Shown here: positions 1 through 15,134 of the stretch, piece after piece
Layout: each line of letters opens with the position of its first letter
Numbering within the stretch: the first letter of the stretch is position 1
From: Monocercomonoides exilis PA203
Taxonomy: Eukaryota > Protista > Preaxostyla
Direction of reading: 5' to 3'
DNA: 64,000 bases
Assembly: GCA_001643675.2 (NCBI GenBank)
Contig: LSRY02000053.1
Coordinates: 538,329 to 602,328, forward strand
Translations under genes and position numbers: made by a program
The notes under the pieces: generated by a model
What the model was told of the DNA's origin: nothing
The model's database searches: none
Seen by the model: the letters and a program-made list of their open reading frames with translations, nothing else

Positions 1-35
1 GAGATTAAACAAGAATGTTCTTTGTGTGAAAATGA

Positions 36-3000
36 AACAAAAAGAAGGAAAGAAGTGCTTTATAAGAGGAATGAGATTTTTAGAGAGAAATGTTTTCTAT
101 TGCATAGAACGCTCAAAATGTCTTCGCAAGGAGGCATATTCTGCACAACAAAAAGGCTTGACACAAAGGCTAATCTTATTCAGCAATGGCAAAACAATGT
201 TCAAAACTGGTTGCAAGTTGACCATTTTTTCCCCCCATAAAGTTTGTGAAAAAAGTTGAAGCAGATTTTCAATGAAGAGGCCATCATTTGACTTTCATTC
301 GTTTTCAACAATCAGTTGGAGTCATTCATCTTTATATTATCTCTTCCATAAAGGCACAGAATAGCCAAATTAATATTTTGAAAAAATCGTCAAGCTTCGA
401 GGAAAGAAAATCTTTCACATTGTTTTCCAGATGAATTATTTGGTTTCCCTTATTTAATAATTAACGATATTTTAGCACTTAGTATCTTTATATCCAGAAA
501 ATCTAGCAGAATAATTATGGAACCAAAAAATCACACAATTTTATTATTATACACTCCTTAATTCAAATCTTCTCCCTTTTTTTATGCTACTATTTAAAGA
601 TATACCAGAAAGAAAAATTTTAATGGTAATAATTCAATGCAACTGGAATAAATTCTGTCCCTATAAAAACATTTTAAAAAATATGTTTATCCATTTTATT
701 TTATTGTTATAAATACAGGCTTATTAAATGTTCAATTCGAAAGCAATAGCATTGAAAACATTAAATTAAGAAGAGATCAAATTAAATTTAAAAAATTTTA
801 GCAGGACATTTCATTATTAAATAACGCACAATTATATCACGCATCAACTCCATCCGTAAGGTTGTTGCATTTTTCTTGTCCCTTTCTGAGGTATATTTTT
901 ATATCAAACGTGTGTGATTATTCAATTGCTGTAAATATTCCATTTCAAATTTCTCTTTTAATCCTTCTTTGTGTTAGATGTGTGATGAGCGTTAAAGTTG
1001 TTTTCGGCTTGTCTTTGCTTCTCTGAGAGATTGTGCTGACTATGACGCAGTAGCTGCATAAGGACACTCATGCGTCTTGCTTTCTTTTTATCTCAGTATT
1101 CACACTATCACATTCCACCAGAACAAGCAATAACCTCATCTGTTCTCTTTTCACTTGATTCATACTCATTATCTGATTCGCTGTTAATGTCAATCGCATC
1201 AGAAATTGTCAGAATCACTGCTCCAGCAGGGAACCGCTGGATGAATTCACGCTTTATCTCGACAAGCGCTGGCCGGCTTCCACACCCTTCTGAAAAGCAA
1301 TGCTCCACAATCCCTCTCATGGATGATTCTCTTATGCTTTCCAACTTTGGTCTTTCTCCGTTCACAATCTTCTGTGCTGCCGCCTCTGCCTCAAACTCCC
1401 CAAATGGGATCTGAAGTGTCAAGCACTCCCACAGCATCATTCCGATTGAAAACACAACAGACTCCTTTGTTGCTCCCATCTTCTTGTCGATAAACAATTC
1501 AGGCGCCTTCCATCGCATGCATTCCTTCCTGTTGTCTTCATCATCCTCAAATGCAGATGATGGAAGAGAGTCATCATTATCATCGCTGTCAGATGTTACA
1601 ACTATTGATGAAGAGATAGACGACGAATCCGAGTCTGATGAACAGTCTGAGTGCATGGCAATGCAGATGACCATATGCTCAGAGAACAATATAATATGAG
1701 GACTGAGATTTGCAAGAGAAGAGAGAGGGTTTTCCATCTCGTCAAATGAGTGGAGTGCAAGATTCGCCACCCAGAACAGGATCTGTGCAGCTGTCGCCTC
1801 CCTCTCCTGCAGAGTGCCAATCGCCATCTCCTTCTTCTCATTTCTTCCATGAAGCAGCATGAACAGTGAATCCCTCAGATCCACAATCAGCTTCTCATGA
1901 GGAGACGAACAGGCCATTGCATCCACCAGATTCGACATCGATGAGGTTGTTGGGCACAGACTCTCTGATCGAACAAAAGTTGAGTCTGAATCAGTTGTTG
2001 AAGTTGTTGAAGTGGATGAAATTGATGGTGATGGTGTTCTCTTTCTTGCTTCCTCCTCATCATCAACCTTCTCCAGCATCCATTGAGGAATATTGTCTGA
2101 ATCTCTTCCAAGAATATATTCAGTGGAGCCACTCTCACTTAACAAATGCTCAGATGACTCTGAGTGCACCAAGCTTTTCTCGTACACTCTCTTCTTTCTC
2201 CGATCTTCATTCTTCCTTTCTGCCTCCCTTTCTGCTCTTCGCCACTCCGCCTCAGGTGACATCTCCATCGTCACCATCTCAATCAGTTTCGGATCCTTCC
2301 TCACTGTGTCTTCCACAATCACTTCCAACTCTTGTGTTCTTCTTTTTGCTTTTTCCATCGGACAACGAATATGACAAGGGCGATGAGAATAATCAAAAGA
2401 ACAGCAGCCATGATAATTACAATCAACACCCATGAAGATTTTCCTTCTTTTCCTCCTTCAACAAGTATTTCATTTCTGTTTGCCTGTGTTTCTGATTTGT
2501 TCTTTAGAATGAATTCCTTTGTTTGAAATGGTGCATCCTTGCTCCCAAACTGGACACATGCTTTCACTTCTGCTTCTTCATCCGCATCAAATATCGTTTT
2601 CTTTGCCAGTCGGCCTATCACTTCCTTTTCTGATTCGAATCTGCTTTCATCAAAGCTGAACTTTTCTATCTGCTTTTCGTCGTATATTTGCCTCACAATG
2701 ATGAACGACAAGTTGCATGGAAGAAGCAACATTCCTTTGAACACAAGCTTCACCTCTGCCCCTTCTTCATTTGCTGTAACACTTTCCAACGCAGGAATGA
2801 AAAATGAAGATGCCCTCTCGGAAATAAGACCACCAAAGCGGCAACCTTTGTTTAATACCCAGAGTGAAGTATTATCTTTCAGTCCATCTCCTCCCTTTAG
2901 GCTTTCAAAGTTCAGCTCACCATCATCAAAGCAGATAACATTTCTTCGTATTGATGGATATTTTGCTATCTTCGGATTGTTGTTGCTGAAATTGCCTGCT

Positions 3001-6000
3001 TCAATCATCACAGATCCTCCACTCACACTTATCCCTCCCTTTGATGAATTGCAAATCGTGGTATCTCTCACAACTGCTTCACTCTTCGACAAGTCAACAA
3101 CTGACCCATTCCATTTGCACAACTCATCAGAAATCACATTCCATTCTGCAACTGAGGCAAGACTCCCCTCAAACATACATGACTCCATCAATATCTTCTC
3201 TGCAGATATTATCGCCACTTGGCTCCCCTTTGGCGAATATGATGAGCACTCTTGAAAAGAGCAGTTGCACATCTCAAATCCACTCATTGGCTGACTTGTG
3301 CAAACAATGCAAGACCCACAAGTCGATCGGCTGATATTTGTGAATGACGACACCATCAATGACAAAACGAGTGAAGAATGGATGTTTTTTAGTGATATCA
3401 GGCTCTCTTCTTCCAACCCAATGTTTGCAGCTGCCAACTTCGAAACGCTCACTTTATCATTCTTTCCACATTCAATCAACGAACTCTTGCATTCCACATC
3501 ATCCACTCTCACATCTTCAAATGTTGCTTTTTTGAGTGCAATATCTGAAACACAGGATTCGAGAATTTCAAATGGTCAACACTGCACCGATTTGCCTCAA
3601 ACAACCCATCTTCAACAACAATCAGAGAAGCATCAAAAGGATGTGTGAATTTTCTGTTGTTCTGCTCTCTGAATGAAATGAAACAGACTCCAGAATAAGA
3701 GATCCACTCAGCTGATGTATCAAGCACGAGCAGATAACATTCTGTGCCCCATCAAAAAAAAAACAACACTTTCTCAAATCGAACAGACCCCGAAGTTGTC
3801 ACAGCTTCTTTATCGCCCAAATTGATCTCACGCACTTTTATCTCTGAATTTCTATTCGATTCCATCGACTTGATTGTCACATTTTGAGCGGAGCACGAAC
3901 AAGTTAATGTGGTTTCATTCCAGATAAACAGCTGAGAGAAAGCAGATGGGATGATATGGCTTACCCCAACATTCAGTGATGAGCATGCGCCCTTCATCTC
4001 CCCACACTGTTTACTGTTGCTGCTGTTTTCCACAATCGAAGACACAAATATGAATTCACTTCTGAATATAAACACCTTCCTCAGAAGATCCTCTTCATCT
4101 CCATAATTGTCTGATGTGCATCCCCATATAGCCAGGTCCTTCACAAATGGCTCTCCAAAGTTTATTAAAAACTGCGATTCACTAATCTGTGAATCAAGGT
4201 CAGTGCACTTCACAAACACATCTCTCCCCTTCGATGCAACATTCCTTCGGAATGTGATATTCGACAGCACAAATGGCAATGCCTTCTGTGAGACACTCTG
4301 TGATTTCAAAAACATTCCTCCGCCTCTCCCAGCATTCGAACAGAAGCACTCTCTCACATTTGTGTGATTCATCTCCAGCTTTCCCCTCTCATTGAGAAGA
4401 AAAAACACTCCTCCTCCTTCATTCGAGCTTGCCGAACCACAGCTATCAATCGTTGAGTTCTCAATTATCAATCTCACTTCATTTGGGACATCACAGCAAA
4501 GCAATGACGGATAATTAGTTGTGCTGTGATTCACATTCACAAAAGTGCATTGCCCAAATAGAATATTCCACTCTTCTTCTGAATTATCATTCCTGCTTCC
4601 AGAAGTCACACTTTCAGTCAAGACCAAAACACTTTTCCCGCTCAAAGAAATATCTTCGAATGTGGCGTTGTTCATTAACACTGCGCAATAAGCTGATATA
4701 CTCATAACCTCATGCGTCGATGAAAATCCTGATATCTTTGTCTTTTCAATTTCAACAATTCCTTTTGAGGCACTTATCAATACAAATGACAATTCACCTT
4801 CGGCATCATCAAGTGAATGAATTGAACAGCTCACAACGCTCGTTTTGATTGCATCGGTGCCTGTCTGGATGAGGATGCTTGCTTCGTTATCAAAGTGGCT
4901 GGGGATTAGTATCCCCACTTCATTGAATAGAACAACTCCTTTGCATTCAACAGCAGCATCCTCATCCCCTTCAAGTGTTTGAGCAAATTGGATTTTGTCT
5001 GATTCCATATTTGTTCCTTCCACCTTCATCCCGCTCATCTCTATCACACTCCTCACATCACAAACCCCATGAATGGTCATCTGCTCAACTGTTGAACTGT
5101 GTATACGATTCATCCCATAATCAACAGATCGGCATGGATAGTCCAACAACCCACACACAACCACATTGTATCCTTCCTCAGCAACATATACGCTCGATCC
5201 AATAGATTTCCAGAAATAGATCAGTGGGATTGCACACTCTTTATTTCCTCCGTCATATCCTCTCATTGAGTCTTCTGTCAGCATCTCCAATTTATCATTC
5301 ACAAATGGCAGGGTTTCGTTTTTGATGCTCTTGATAAGCGATGAAGATGAAACAAATAAGTCTTTCCCATAATTTGCACTATTTGGCTTGCCAGATGAAA
5401 AAACGGGTGATGATATCACAAAATTTACCTCTTCATCTCTCAGTATTTTCATTATAATTCCTCCTCCATATCCAACATTTTCCTCTTCGTGTGGTGCTGT
5501 ACAACAAAAAAAGTGCATCTACTCACCACAATATTCGTTTTTGCAAATGTTTCACAAAATAGTGCTCCCCCTCCGATCTCTTCTTCCTCTCCAACAACAG
5601 AACACCCTTCAAATGTGCAGTCAAACATTTCCACTTTGTAATCTCTATTTTCATCTCCATTGTTCGAAACACTTACACATCCTCCACTTCCCTTCGAACG
5701 AGAAATCGATGAAAATGAGCATCCTGTTATCTTCTCAATATTTCCATTATGACATTCAACAACACACCCGCCGCCAAATGCGATTTCTCCAAAATTACCA
5801 TTCGTCATATTCATCGAAGGCACACTTTCGGAATTTCCTTCAACAATGAAAATGCTTGAACTCCATTTAGCAACTCTCTCTGATGCAAACTCAATCACCT
5901 CCACAACCCCTCCAACAGCTTTCACAAACACCGCTGATATAGACTCAGACCCTCCTTCAATTCCACACTCATTCAGTGTGAGCTTCCCTGAATGACACTC

Positions 6001-8616
6001 AAATACACTTTCATGAGATATCAGTGATTTCCTCAAAGAAAATACAATACCAGTCATTGACGCACTGACTGAGCTTTCAATCAATCCATTTTGTGTTCCC
6101 TTTTTCTGATCAGAAACTTCACACTTCATTTCATTCTCTTTGGATGCAATGCTCCATTCATTTGAAGTCATCCCCAATTCCTCCTCAAAGACAAATGGCT
6201 CAAGAAGAGCAACATTCTTTTTCTTCCCTTCAAAATGGATTGTGACTGCCTTTGAAATGGATGAACATGGAAACTCTTCAAATCCACACTTCGAAAAATC
6301 ATGGCTTGATAATCCTCCGACGAAGGCAGATTTAGAAAAGTTATCCCACAAATACACCACCAGCGGTATTGCAAATGCCTCGTTTAGCGTTGATCTCTCA
6401 AATCCATTCAATTTTGAAAAATTGTTCAAATCAACCTCAAATCCAATCGATCTCCTGTCAATCACAAGCCAAAGATCATTTACATTGATGAAGATTTCTT
6501 TCCCTTCTTGAGCATCACATCCAGAAAATGAAACATCCTTCAAAGTGAATGAGCTTGTCCCATCAGCCAAATGAAGATAAATCCCTCCTCCATATCCACA
6601 CCCTCCATCTGCTGTTTGCATTGCCTTGCAGTTCTCAAGTTGAAACAAATTACTTTCAACATTTGAAGTTATTTCATTCACTTTGTTAGCATTCGTCATG
6701 TTTCCCACAGCGAATGCCGATCCTTCTTCCATCTCAACACACAACCCTCCTCCATTTCCTCCTTTGCTCTCACACCCAGACATCATCCCTCCATCTATTT
6801 CCAGAGAGCATTCCTTCCAAAGCGTGCATTCGACTGCTCCTCCATTTTCTCCATCTCCTTTGAATCCACTGATTTTATTGCTTGTGAGCTTCAAAAACTT
6901 GGCAGAATTTGTGCAAATCACTCGAATTGATTCGGATGGCAAATCTTTTTGTGAATATGCTTTCACTGAAAGTGTTGAATCTTTAATCGTTAAAGATGCT
7001 CCATTAGCCACTCCAAACAAAACACTATTAGCTATCGAACTCATATCCTCAACACTTATGGAGGTGAATGTGCCAGCAGCATTTCTTCCATCAAGATTGA
7101 CCAGCGGACAGTTCCCAATTATCAAGGATAATACAACAAAAGATGAAACAGACACATCACCTGCTGATACGGACAAAAACACATAAGACAACGCTGATTG
7201 GGAATCTTGAAAACTCAGTGAGCAGCTATCAAACGAAAATGATTGTGATGAAGAACTGAAGAATATTTCGTGATTTGGAAGAGTAGATGGAACAGAGAAT
7301 ATGAGTGATCTCAAATTCGCATTTGTATCCACAGTTATCATGCTTCCTTCACTTCCATCAGAATCATCAATCACCTTCCATCCACTGTTTCCATCTTTCC
7401 CCCTGATTGTGTGCTTCAATGAGTCAAATGTCAGCTCATTTTTCACTTCGATCATCCCATCGATAACAATCTTCTTTTCCTCTTCTTGCCTCGTCAAACA
7501 ATGCTTCAATGTCAGGCAGGGAAACTCAGCAAACCCACAAAGAGAGTGATTAAATGCGTCAATATTACTCACAAAGATCTCATCTGGCAAAGAAATCAGA
7601 TAAGCACAAAGTGGAATTGGAATTGAATCGTCTCCATTATCTAAACCCCGAATTTTGTTTATCGTTTCAAATGAAGCGGTTAATAAAGTGATTTTCCCAC
7701 TTTTTGCTATTGACTCCAAGTTGATCGAGTCAACAAAAATATCACTTCCCCATTTGGCTCTGTTCCCTTCAAATGCTGATGAAATCTGAAACTCTGCATC
7801 TGTATCTTTCACTTTCAGTCCAATCCCTCCTCCTCTGCCTTGTATAGTCGATGCATAACAGTTTCTTATAACGCCTCCATTCATCGTTAATGAACCAACG
7901 TTCCCCATTTCAATCATCACACCACCTCCAAAATCAGAATCTACACTCCCACTCTCATCAATCGTGCATCCCTCAACAGTTATCAACTGTGACCCTTCAC
8001 CCACACTCATCAACGATGATCCGGCTGTTGTTCTCACAATATTGCTGAACACACCGTTATCCAGGTACAATGAAGCAGATGATCCTTGAGAAAGTGATAT
8101 CACACTTGTGGTGCCGAATGTTCTGCCCCATCTCACATCTAGCATCTTCAACTCTCCCCCGTCCACTTTCACAAGTGAGTTCTGAATGCTCCTCTCTTCT
8201 GAATGAGCTGCATCCATCGATATGTTCATTCGCTTCACATCCATCAACCCACTTCCCTCAACCTCAAACAGTCTGCATTGCCTGTTGTTTTCATATGAGG
8301 TGTTGTGAACCACTGACAGATCGCTCACACTCAACTCCCCTGTTCCAACACAAAACAGACACAATCCATTTCCCTTAAAATTTGTTTCAATGGATGAGCC
8401 AGCTGGTGAAATTCCATTCACAGTGATTGTTTTCTCCCCAACATCAATTCCTTTTCCTTCCACAACTATTCCACTCAACACCTTGATTTCCTCCACAAAC
8501 CCCACAATCATTTGAGTCAGACAATGGCTGATTGTGAGGCATGCACAGCTTTCATTCAATCCACAGCTATATGTGTCTTTTGCATTTGAATGATTTTGAA
8601 TTGAGGTAACAAATCT
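36..8616. repeat. Left arm of an ~8.58-kb near-perfect inverted repeat (partner 18977-27560)
   Basis: Reverse complement matches 18977-27560 by inspection and the ORF tracks mirror each other. The only differences found are five 1-nt homopolymer indels (~2345, ~3530, ~3636, ~3758, ~5510), net -3 nt, which equals the arm length difference (8581 vs 8584). Confidence 0.97.
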
Positions 8617-10095
8617 ACATTTCCCTCCATCATTCGGAAGCCAATCGCTTTTATCTCCACCTGCATCATACCTAACCCCTTCAGATTGTGTTGAGTAACA
8701 AAATGCAATTTGGGAATCTGTGAAATTATCGTCCTCATGAATATCGTTACCAAATTTGGCTGTGTTATTGTGGAAAAAGCAAAACCACATTAAATTTTCG
8801 TTATATCCTTTTGTCATCATACTTACGGCTCCTCCTCTCCAATCTGAATGGCATCCTTGAAAAAGGCAATTGCGAGAGACAACTTTATCACTTGCATCCC
8901 AATTGAAAAATCCTCCTCCATCAGTGCTTGCTTCATTATTGCCACTGCAATTGCAGAAAAAACAATTCAAAACACAATCTTTTGTATTGAATGTCTTTGA
9001 TTTCCAAATTCCAAGTCCTCCGCCATCATTTTCTGACCATCCATCTTTGAATAGGCAATTTTCAACAAAAACTTGAACTGTCATTCCTTCTATTTCTGCT
9101 CCTGCTCCTCCGAAATCTTTTTCAGAAAAATAAAAACACTCAACAAATGAACAATGCTTCACAGTGCATTCAGCAATGCTAAAAGCGTATATTCCTCCTC
9201 CTCTCGTTGAAGTTGCATTGCACTTCACAAATGATGAATTTTCAACTGTCAGTGTTGCACTCGAATTGTCATGCACATACAACGCTCCTCCGCATGGAGC
9301 AGTGCACCCATTCCATTCAGCATTCAAATACGACTGATTTTGTGTTGTTTCATTTTGTTCAGTGTTTTTCGTCTTTAGATCCGTTCTTTCATTCTGAAAA
9401 AATGTGCAATTGTTACAAAAAAAGTTGACAGATCCTTCTGTTGCGCTCACAATCCCTCCCTCAAGCACATTCATCGATCGTTCAACATTACAGTCCTCCA
9501 TTTTGCTCATCCTCATCATCCTCTCTTTCCCAGTTTGTTTTTCCTCTATTTCACAATATTTCTTTGTTATATTCGCAAATTTGCAGTTTTGAACGCATTC
9601 AAAACCTCCTGCCCCCTCTCTCAAAATGCTGCCTCCACTCCCACAAAACTCAACATCCTCAAACTCACTGTTTCTCACAAACAACGAAGACAAATCACCC
9701 CCTTCCATCTCCACCACACTCCATATCATTCCGCATTCCTGACCATTTCCAACACCCAAAGTTGTGTTTATCAGAGAGCATGTCCCTCCATTCCTCAAAA
9801 AATGACCATTCCACTCATTGTTTCTCACAAACACACAGTCATCAAGGTGCAGGAATGATTTTGCTTGAATATCAAATGCTGCATCATAACCTTGCTTTTC
9901 CAACATTATTTCCTTTAATTCAGCTGATGAGTTGTGCACTCCGCTGAACAGTTGAACAACGGTTCCCAATGCAAAAATATGACTTTCCAACTGAGCAAAA
10001 ATGTGACAAACGAAATGTCCATTCTTTTGTGTATCACTTCTATCTGTACCGCAAAATATCTAACACAAACACTCAGCCAAAACATAAAGAATCAT
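1108..10095 (-). pseudogene. Disrupted giant surface receptor-like gene (beta-helix-like ectodomain, TM, kinase C-lobe-like tail), paralogue of 17369-26488 with a different N-terminus
   Basis: ORFs 5452-9990, 3752-5518, 3509-3727, 2319-3512 and 1108-2433 join into the same protein as the 3039-aa ORF from RFVTSIQNH onward. ATG at 10095 gives MILYVLAECLC*IFCG, with an in-frame TAG at 10060-10062. The five homopolymer frameshifts could be sequencing errors. Confidence 0.8.
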
Positions 10096-10711
10096 GGTAA
10101 TTTGATTATAATGGTTTTTTTATTTAACCATTTTTTGAATGCTTATCAAAAAGAATATAATGCACTGAAAAAATACAAATTCTTTCTCTCTAACTTCCAT
10201 TTGAAATAACTATTATTTCATTTATTTTTGTGCATTTCATTATCGAAATTTTCTTTTTTGCTTCTCTTTATCACTTTGATTTTTTCCCATCTTAATTTGG
10301 AATGACAACAATTTAGATGCTTTTTCAATGATGGAATCTCTAAGATGGAATGTCCTTTCCATGATAATTATTATTTCAATGAAGATAATTCTTTTCTTGC
10401 ATGTGCAGGCTGTATTTAAAGAAAAAAAATTCAAAAATAAAGAATGATAATAATTTCAAATGAAATGTGCTTTTTTGATAAAAAAACTTTGAATAAATAA
10501 AGAGATGTGTTTAAAGTTTGAAAAGTTTATTTGATTCACATCAATAATCACATCATTTCAAAACCGATGTTGTTTCGAAAACGTCATTCTGAAGAATCTT
10601 AAAGATAATTTTTTCCTTTCATCTCTCTTCCTTGTCTTTCGCTTTGTCCCTTCACAATTTCTGAATCATCATTATTTCTTCTGAGCAGTTTTGTTTTGTC
10701 AATCACAATTA

Positions 10712-11160
10712 CAGTCCAAACCGGATAAAATCACATCGAATATTATCAACATCGTTAATTGTCACATATTTCCAAGCACCTACTTTTTTGCCTATTTCTC
10801 ATTCATTTTCCATTTCAGACAATCACAAGGATAAAAATATACAAACATATTATGTTTTTTTGTGGGTTCATTTTTCAATAAAAAATTGATTTTTTGATCA
10901 AAAATTTTAATTTTTCGCTTTTTCAAAAATATACTCAAATAAGTCAAAATAATGTGTTTTAATGATCAAAATTGTTCAAGCAAGTGAAAAAAGTGTTTTT
11001 GTGAAGAATTTTCAAAAATGAAAAAATTGACCCAAAATTAATTATTTCTAAAATTAATTTTTATTTTTTTCTGTGTGAAGCAGCATCGTGTATAATCACA
11101 ATCGGATAAAGTCACAAAAAGTTGTGCAAAACCCGATGTGATTATATCCGGTTTTGACTG
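10712..11160. mobile_element. MITE, Tc1/mariner-like (27-bp imperfect TIRs starting CAGT)
   Basis: CAGTCCAAACCGGATAAAATCACATCG (10712-10738) versus the reverse complement of 11134-11160, CAGTCAAAACCGGATATAATCACATCG (2 mismatches). TA on the left flank, CA on the right; no coding capacity. Confidence 0.7.
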
Positions 11161-11283
11161 CATCTTCTCTTTTTTTTATATTTCTTTTATTTCTCGAGCT
11201 TCATCTTCAAAGCATTCAAAATTACCAAAAAATTTCTTTTGAATCATCAATAATCTTCTTCCCCAATTCAAAGCAGATCTTTC

Positions 11284-14200
11284 GGCAAGTTCCAAGTATA
11301 TGGACCATCGATAAAAAATTCTTTTCATAAAGAATACGAAAGAAAACGTTATATTAATTAATTTAAAATTAGTTTTATTTGTCGAAAATGCAATGTTAAT
11401 AACTTTCTATTTCTTCATTTGATTTATCCCACAATTTTTTCAAAACTATCCAATTTTTATTTAAATTTATTAATGAAGGATTGGAGCTTTATCATCTCAT
11501 AAAAAGGAATTAAATTGTTTTATTTTATTATTGTTTGCTTTAAACTTTTTTATTAATTTTCACATCATCATTTTTGACTGTTATTATTCAAAACAAATAA
11601 AATCTTTGTGTTTTCATTCTATTTTGAAAGTTCTTTACCTATATTTAGGATATGAATAACATTATTTGAAAGCTTTCTTCAAGGAACTGTTATTGTGTGC
11701 AATTTGATCTTCTAAAAGAATTTTCAAACTGAATTCAATAAAAAAAATTTATGGCAGTAATCCAGAATATTGAAGAGATCAAGCATTTGCTTCTTTGCAC
11801 GATATGAAAGAGGAAAGACTTGCATTGATAATGAATTTTGTGACTGAGAGGAAACAGCAGACACAACAAATAAAGACCACTCTTTGAAGTTAACTCCAGT
11901 CAATGCTGCAGTGGAGTTTGAGAAAATCTCATTTAATGATTTACCTGCTATTTGCATTTATAAAGACAACGAAGAATACAAAGATGAAGGAGATTTAGAT
12001 GAAGTTAAAGCAAAAGAAATCCGAACAAATCATTTTTCACAAAACGCTTCTGCTGATGGCTGTTTCCTTGATTCATGCAAGTTGATCACCGAGAAAGAAA
12101 CATTATTTAAACATCAACAATTACGCTCAACACAAATAATGATGTTTAACAACTACTCTGAATCTTCTTATGTGATTACGCAGTCGCCGAGCGTCAGATT
12201 TCCGCTCCTCACTCCAAATACAGAGTGATGCGATGAAGCAAACCCCGATCCAAATACGATGTTTATCTTCAAAAACTGGCTTTCCAGCGAAGAGGATACA
12301 ACATAATTCGATTTTCCATCTGATTTTGTGATTTCCCGAGCTAAATAAAACAGCAGCCTGCGTATCTCCAACAACCTGAACCATCACACGATGAATGATT
12401 GTTTCAATTGAACAATAACTTTTCCCATTACAAACATTTTTTGAGATGATCCTTCGTTGAGATGCAGCGCAGACTTGCTGAGTGTGGCACACGAATCTGA
12501 TCTTTAACCACATTCCTTATTGTCTGTCCCTTCTTCTACAGACACAAATATCCGCTCTGACTTTTTAAACACAATAAACAAGACCAAATCAATAGGAACT
12601 TTGTTCAGCTGATCAGTGCAATAGATTGCATTAGTCTTATCGAATGACAGTTCTTCGAAATCCATTACAAATAGGGTTTCATTGATTAAGTCAGAGATTG
12701 ATCGGCAAATTATGAAAAGATACTTATCTTCTTTAGCTCTGTTAAAAGAAAACCTGACTTAGCGAAAAGTAATTGGAAGACCTTTTCAATACTTATAAAA
12801 AAGCATTTGAATTGTCTGGATTGTACAAGCAATTCAATGCAATTGCGCCTCCTTTTCCCTCAGTCGTTGAACATGCGCACCCTTCAAAAGTTGATAGATT
12901 AACCTGCATGCATCCCTCATTTGCCCAGCAGCAAGTCGAAAAGTCCGAGCTTTCCTTTATCCATACAAAATAGACTCCTTCCAGAAGAAACTGGCTATAG
13001 CAATTGCTGAATGTCGAGTTATCCATCGCCAGCGCAACAGACAACGTGCTCTCATAAGAAATGATCGATGCCTTCGCATTTGTGCTGCGGATGAGAAGCC
13101 ACTGAAGATTCTCCAGTCTGATTTCGCTCGCTTCTTTGCTCGCATTCGTTTCTTTGCCATTCCCTGATAAGATTGATTCCTCATTCCGCTTCTCTTCCGC
13201 ATCGATCACAGAAATAAACAATCCATCTGCAAAATTCAGAACATCAACAGAAAATGCACTTGCCACAAAATGTGCAGCCGGCGCAGCAAGTCGGATGGCC
13301 GATGTTGCTAAGGAGAGCTCGGCCATTTTGGACTCTTCAATCGAAAGTGTTCCAGACGAAACATGGAAAAGCACAAACAAAAAGCCTTCTTCTGCTGTCT
13401 GCACAGCAAATGAGCATTTGGTAAGCGAAACTGTTTCCGTCTCGGTGAAAAGAAGTTCCTTTTGCGATATTTCGAAAGACGAAGTCAGGCAGATGTTGAT
13501 GGATGTGAAGGTGAGCATAAGCTTGTTTGTGAGCACAGCCTCAGAAGGCTCAGAAAGAGATTGAATAGCTTTTCCCACATTGATTGTGCATTCATCAGAG
13601 GAAGTCTCATCAGAAGAGGAAGAAGAAGGATAACCAGGAGAAGAAGGAACAGCTGGGCTTATTGAGCTGTTTGAAAGGTCACACTCGTCTGAAATGGCTG
13701 CACTTGTGTTGATTTTGATTTCTTTGAACTGAATTCATTCTCTGAAATGCCTCATACCTTCCCAAAACGACAGACAAGGAACCCATTTCGATCCACATCC
13801 AATGACATCCCTTCCATTTAAAGAGATCATAACAGAATTGCTTACGTATTTGAATAGCAGCATGTCCAAAGAAATGCCTTCTGTAAAGTTCACTTCATCT
13901 TCCCCAAAGAAAGCTGTTGTGTTTCTCCAGTCAGTCCAATCAAACATCAACCTTTCAATGACAACAGAGGCATTTAAATCGGAGCTCAATATGAACATGT
14001 TTCTTCCAACAAATGCTTCATTCTCAGAAAACACCAAATAAGAAAAAGAAAACCCATAGATCGAATAACAACATCTCAGATCCAAAAACCCTCCTATTCC
14101 TTTGAAAGTCGAACAAACGCAAACAATTCACAATACACATCATTCATCAGATCATTCGCCACAATGAACATGTCTCTTCCCTGGTGTGCCTTGTTTCCTC

Positions 14201-15134
14201 CAACACTTATCTCTGAAAATGAATATGTATCATTGTTGTCTGTTGCACATGTCAAATAGATTCCTCTAACACATCCTTCAAAACAACTGCAGATTCTGTC
14301 CGTCACTCCCACTTTCCTCATCTTCAGATGTCCATCTGCAACTTTCAGCTCAAAAGTCATAGCTCCTCCATTTTTGAATCCTTCAGATCCGAGTGTTTGG
14401 TACGTGCATCCAACAACTTCGACTTCGAAGATGTTCAAAAGATTGAATATCGAAGAACACGGATTTGAAACTCCGTTGTTAACTCTGCTGAATGAAGAAG
14501 ATTGCAATTGAAGAACAAATGTTGAAAAATCCTCTTAGTCTTCAAATTTTTTCTTTTTTCGTTTTTTCTTTTTTGGGAAAGATACGAAAAAATAAATAAA
14601 TTTATCATTGATATTTTGCTAAAGATTCTAATTGTTGAAAATGAATAGGAATCAAGATCGTCGATGAAATAAACGAAAAAACTGAATTTTGATTTGCATA
14701 TTCAATCATAAATTTTATTTGTGAAAAATCTGTTCATTCTCAACATTTGACCATTTTTTGATGTTTTCGAAATTCGTGCATTCTTTTGTGCTCGAAATAA
14801 CCTGTTTGAAAGAAAAAACTCAATTGTATCAATCTCGGTTGATAAAACATTGAAAAGAGTTGGCATGCAAATGTTTTGTATTTCTCAAGATATGAGCACA
14901 ACAAAGACAATAATGGAAAAATGTGCAACGTTTTCAATTGATAAAAAATGAAAGAATAAAAAACAATGATTGTTTGAAAATAATTATGGGATAAATCAAA
15001 TGAAGAAATAGAAAGTTATTAACATTGCATTTTCGACAAATAAAACTAATTTTAAATTAATTAATATAACGTTTTCTTTCGTATTCTTTATGAAAAGAAT
15101 TTTTTATCGATGGTCCATATACTTGGAACTTGCC
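11284..15134. mobile_element. Non-autonomous TIR DNA transposon, Merlin-like, with captured host gene fragment
   Basis: Perfect 148-bp TIRs (11284-11431 and 14987-15134) beginning GGCAAGTTCC. Exact 8-bp TSD GATCTTTC at 11276-11283 and 15135-15142. No transposase inside. Confidence 0.9.
11724..14507 (-). pseudogene. Decayed internal fragment of a surface receptor-family ectodomain gene (cargo of the TIR element)
   Basis: Broken ORFs 14094-14507, 13735-14085, 12793-13578 and 12168-12374 contain family motifs (NGGAMTF, GNKAHQGRDMFI, GRDVIGCGSKWVPCLS, EGKGGAIAL, GTDNKECG*RSDSCATL) with stops and frameshifts. Confidence 0.8.
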
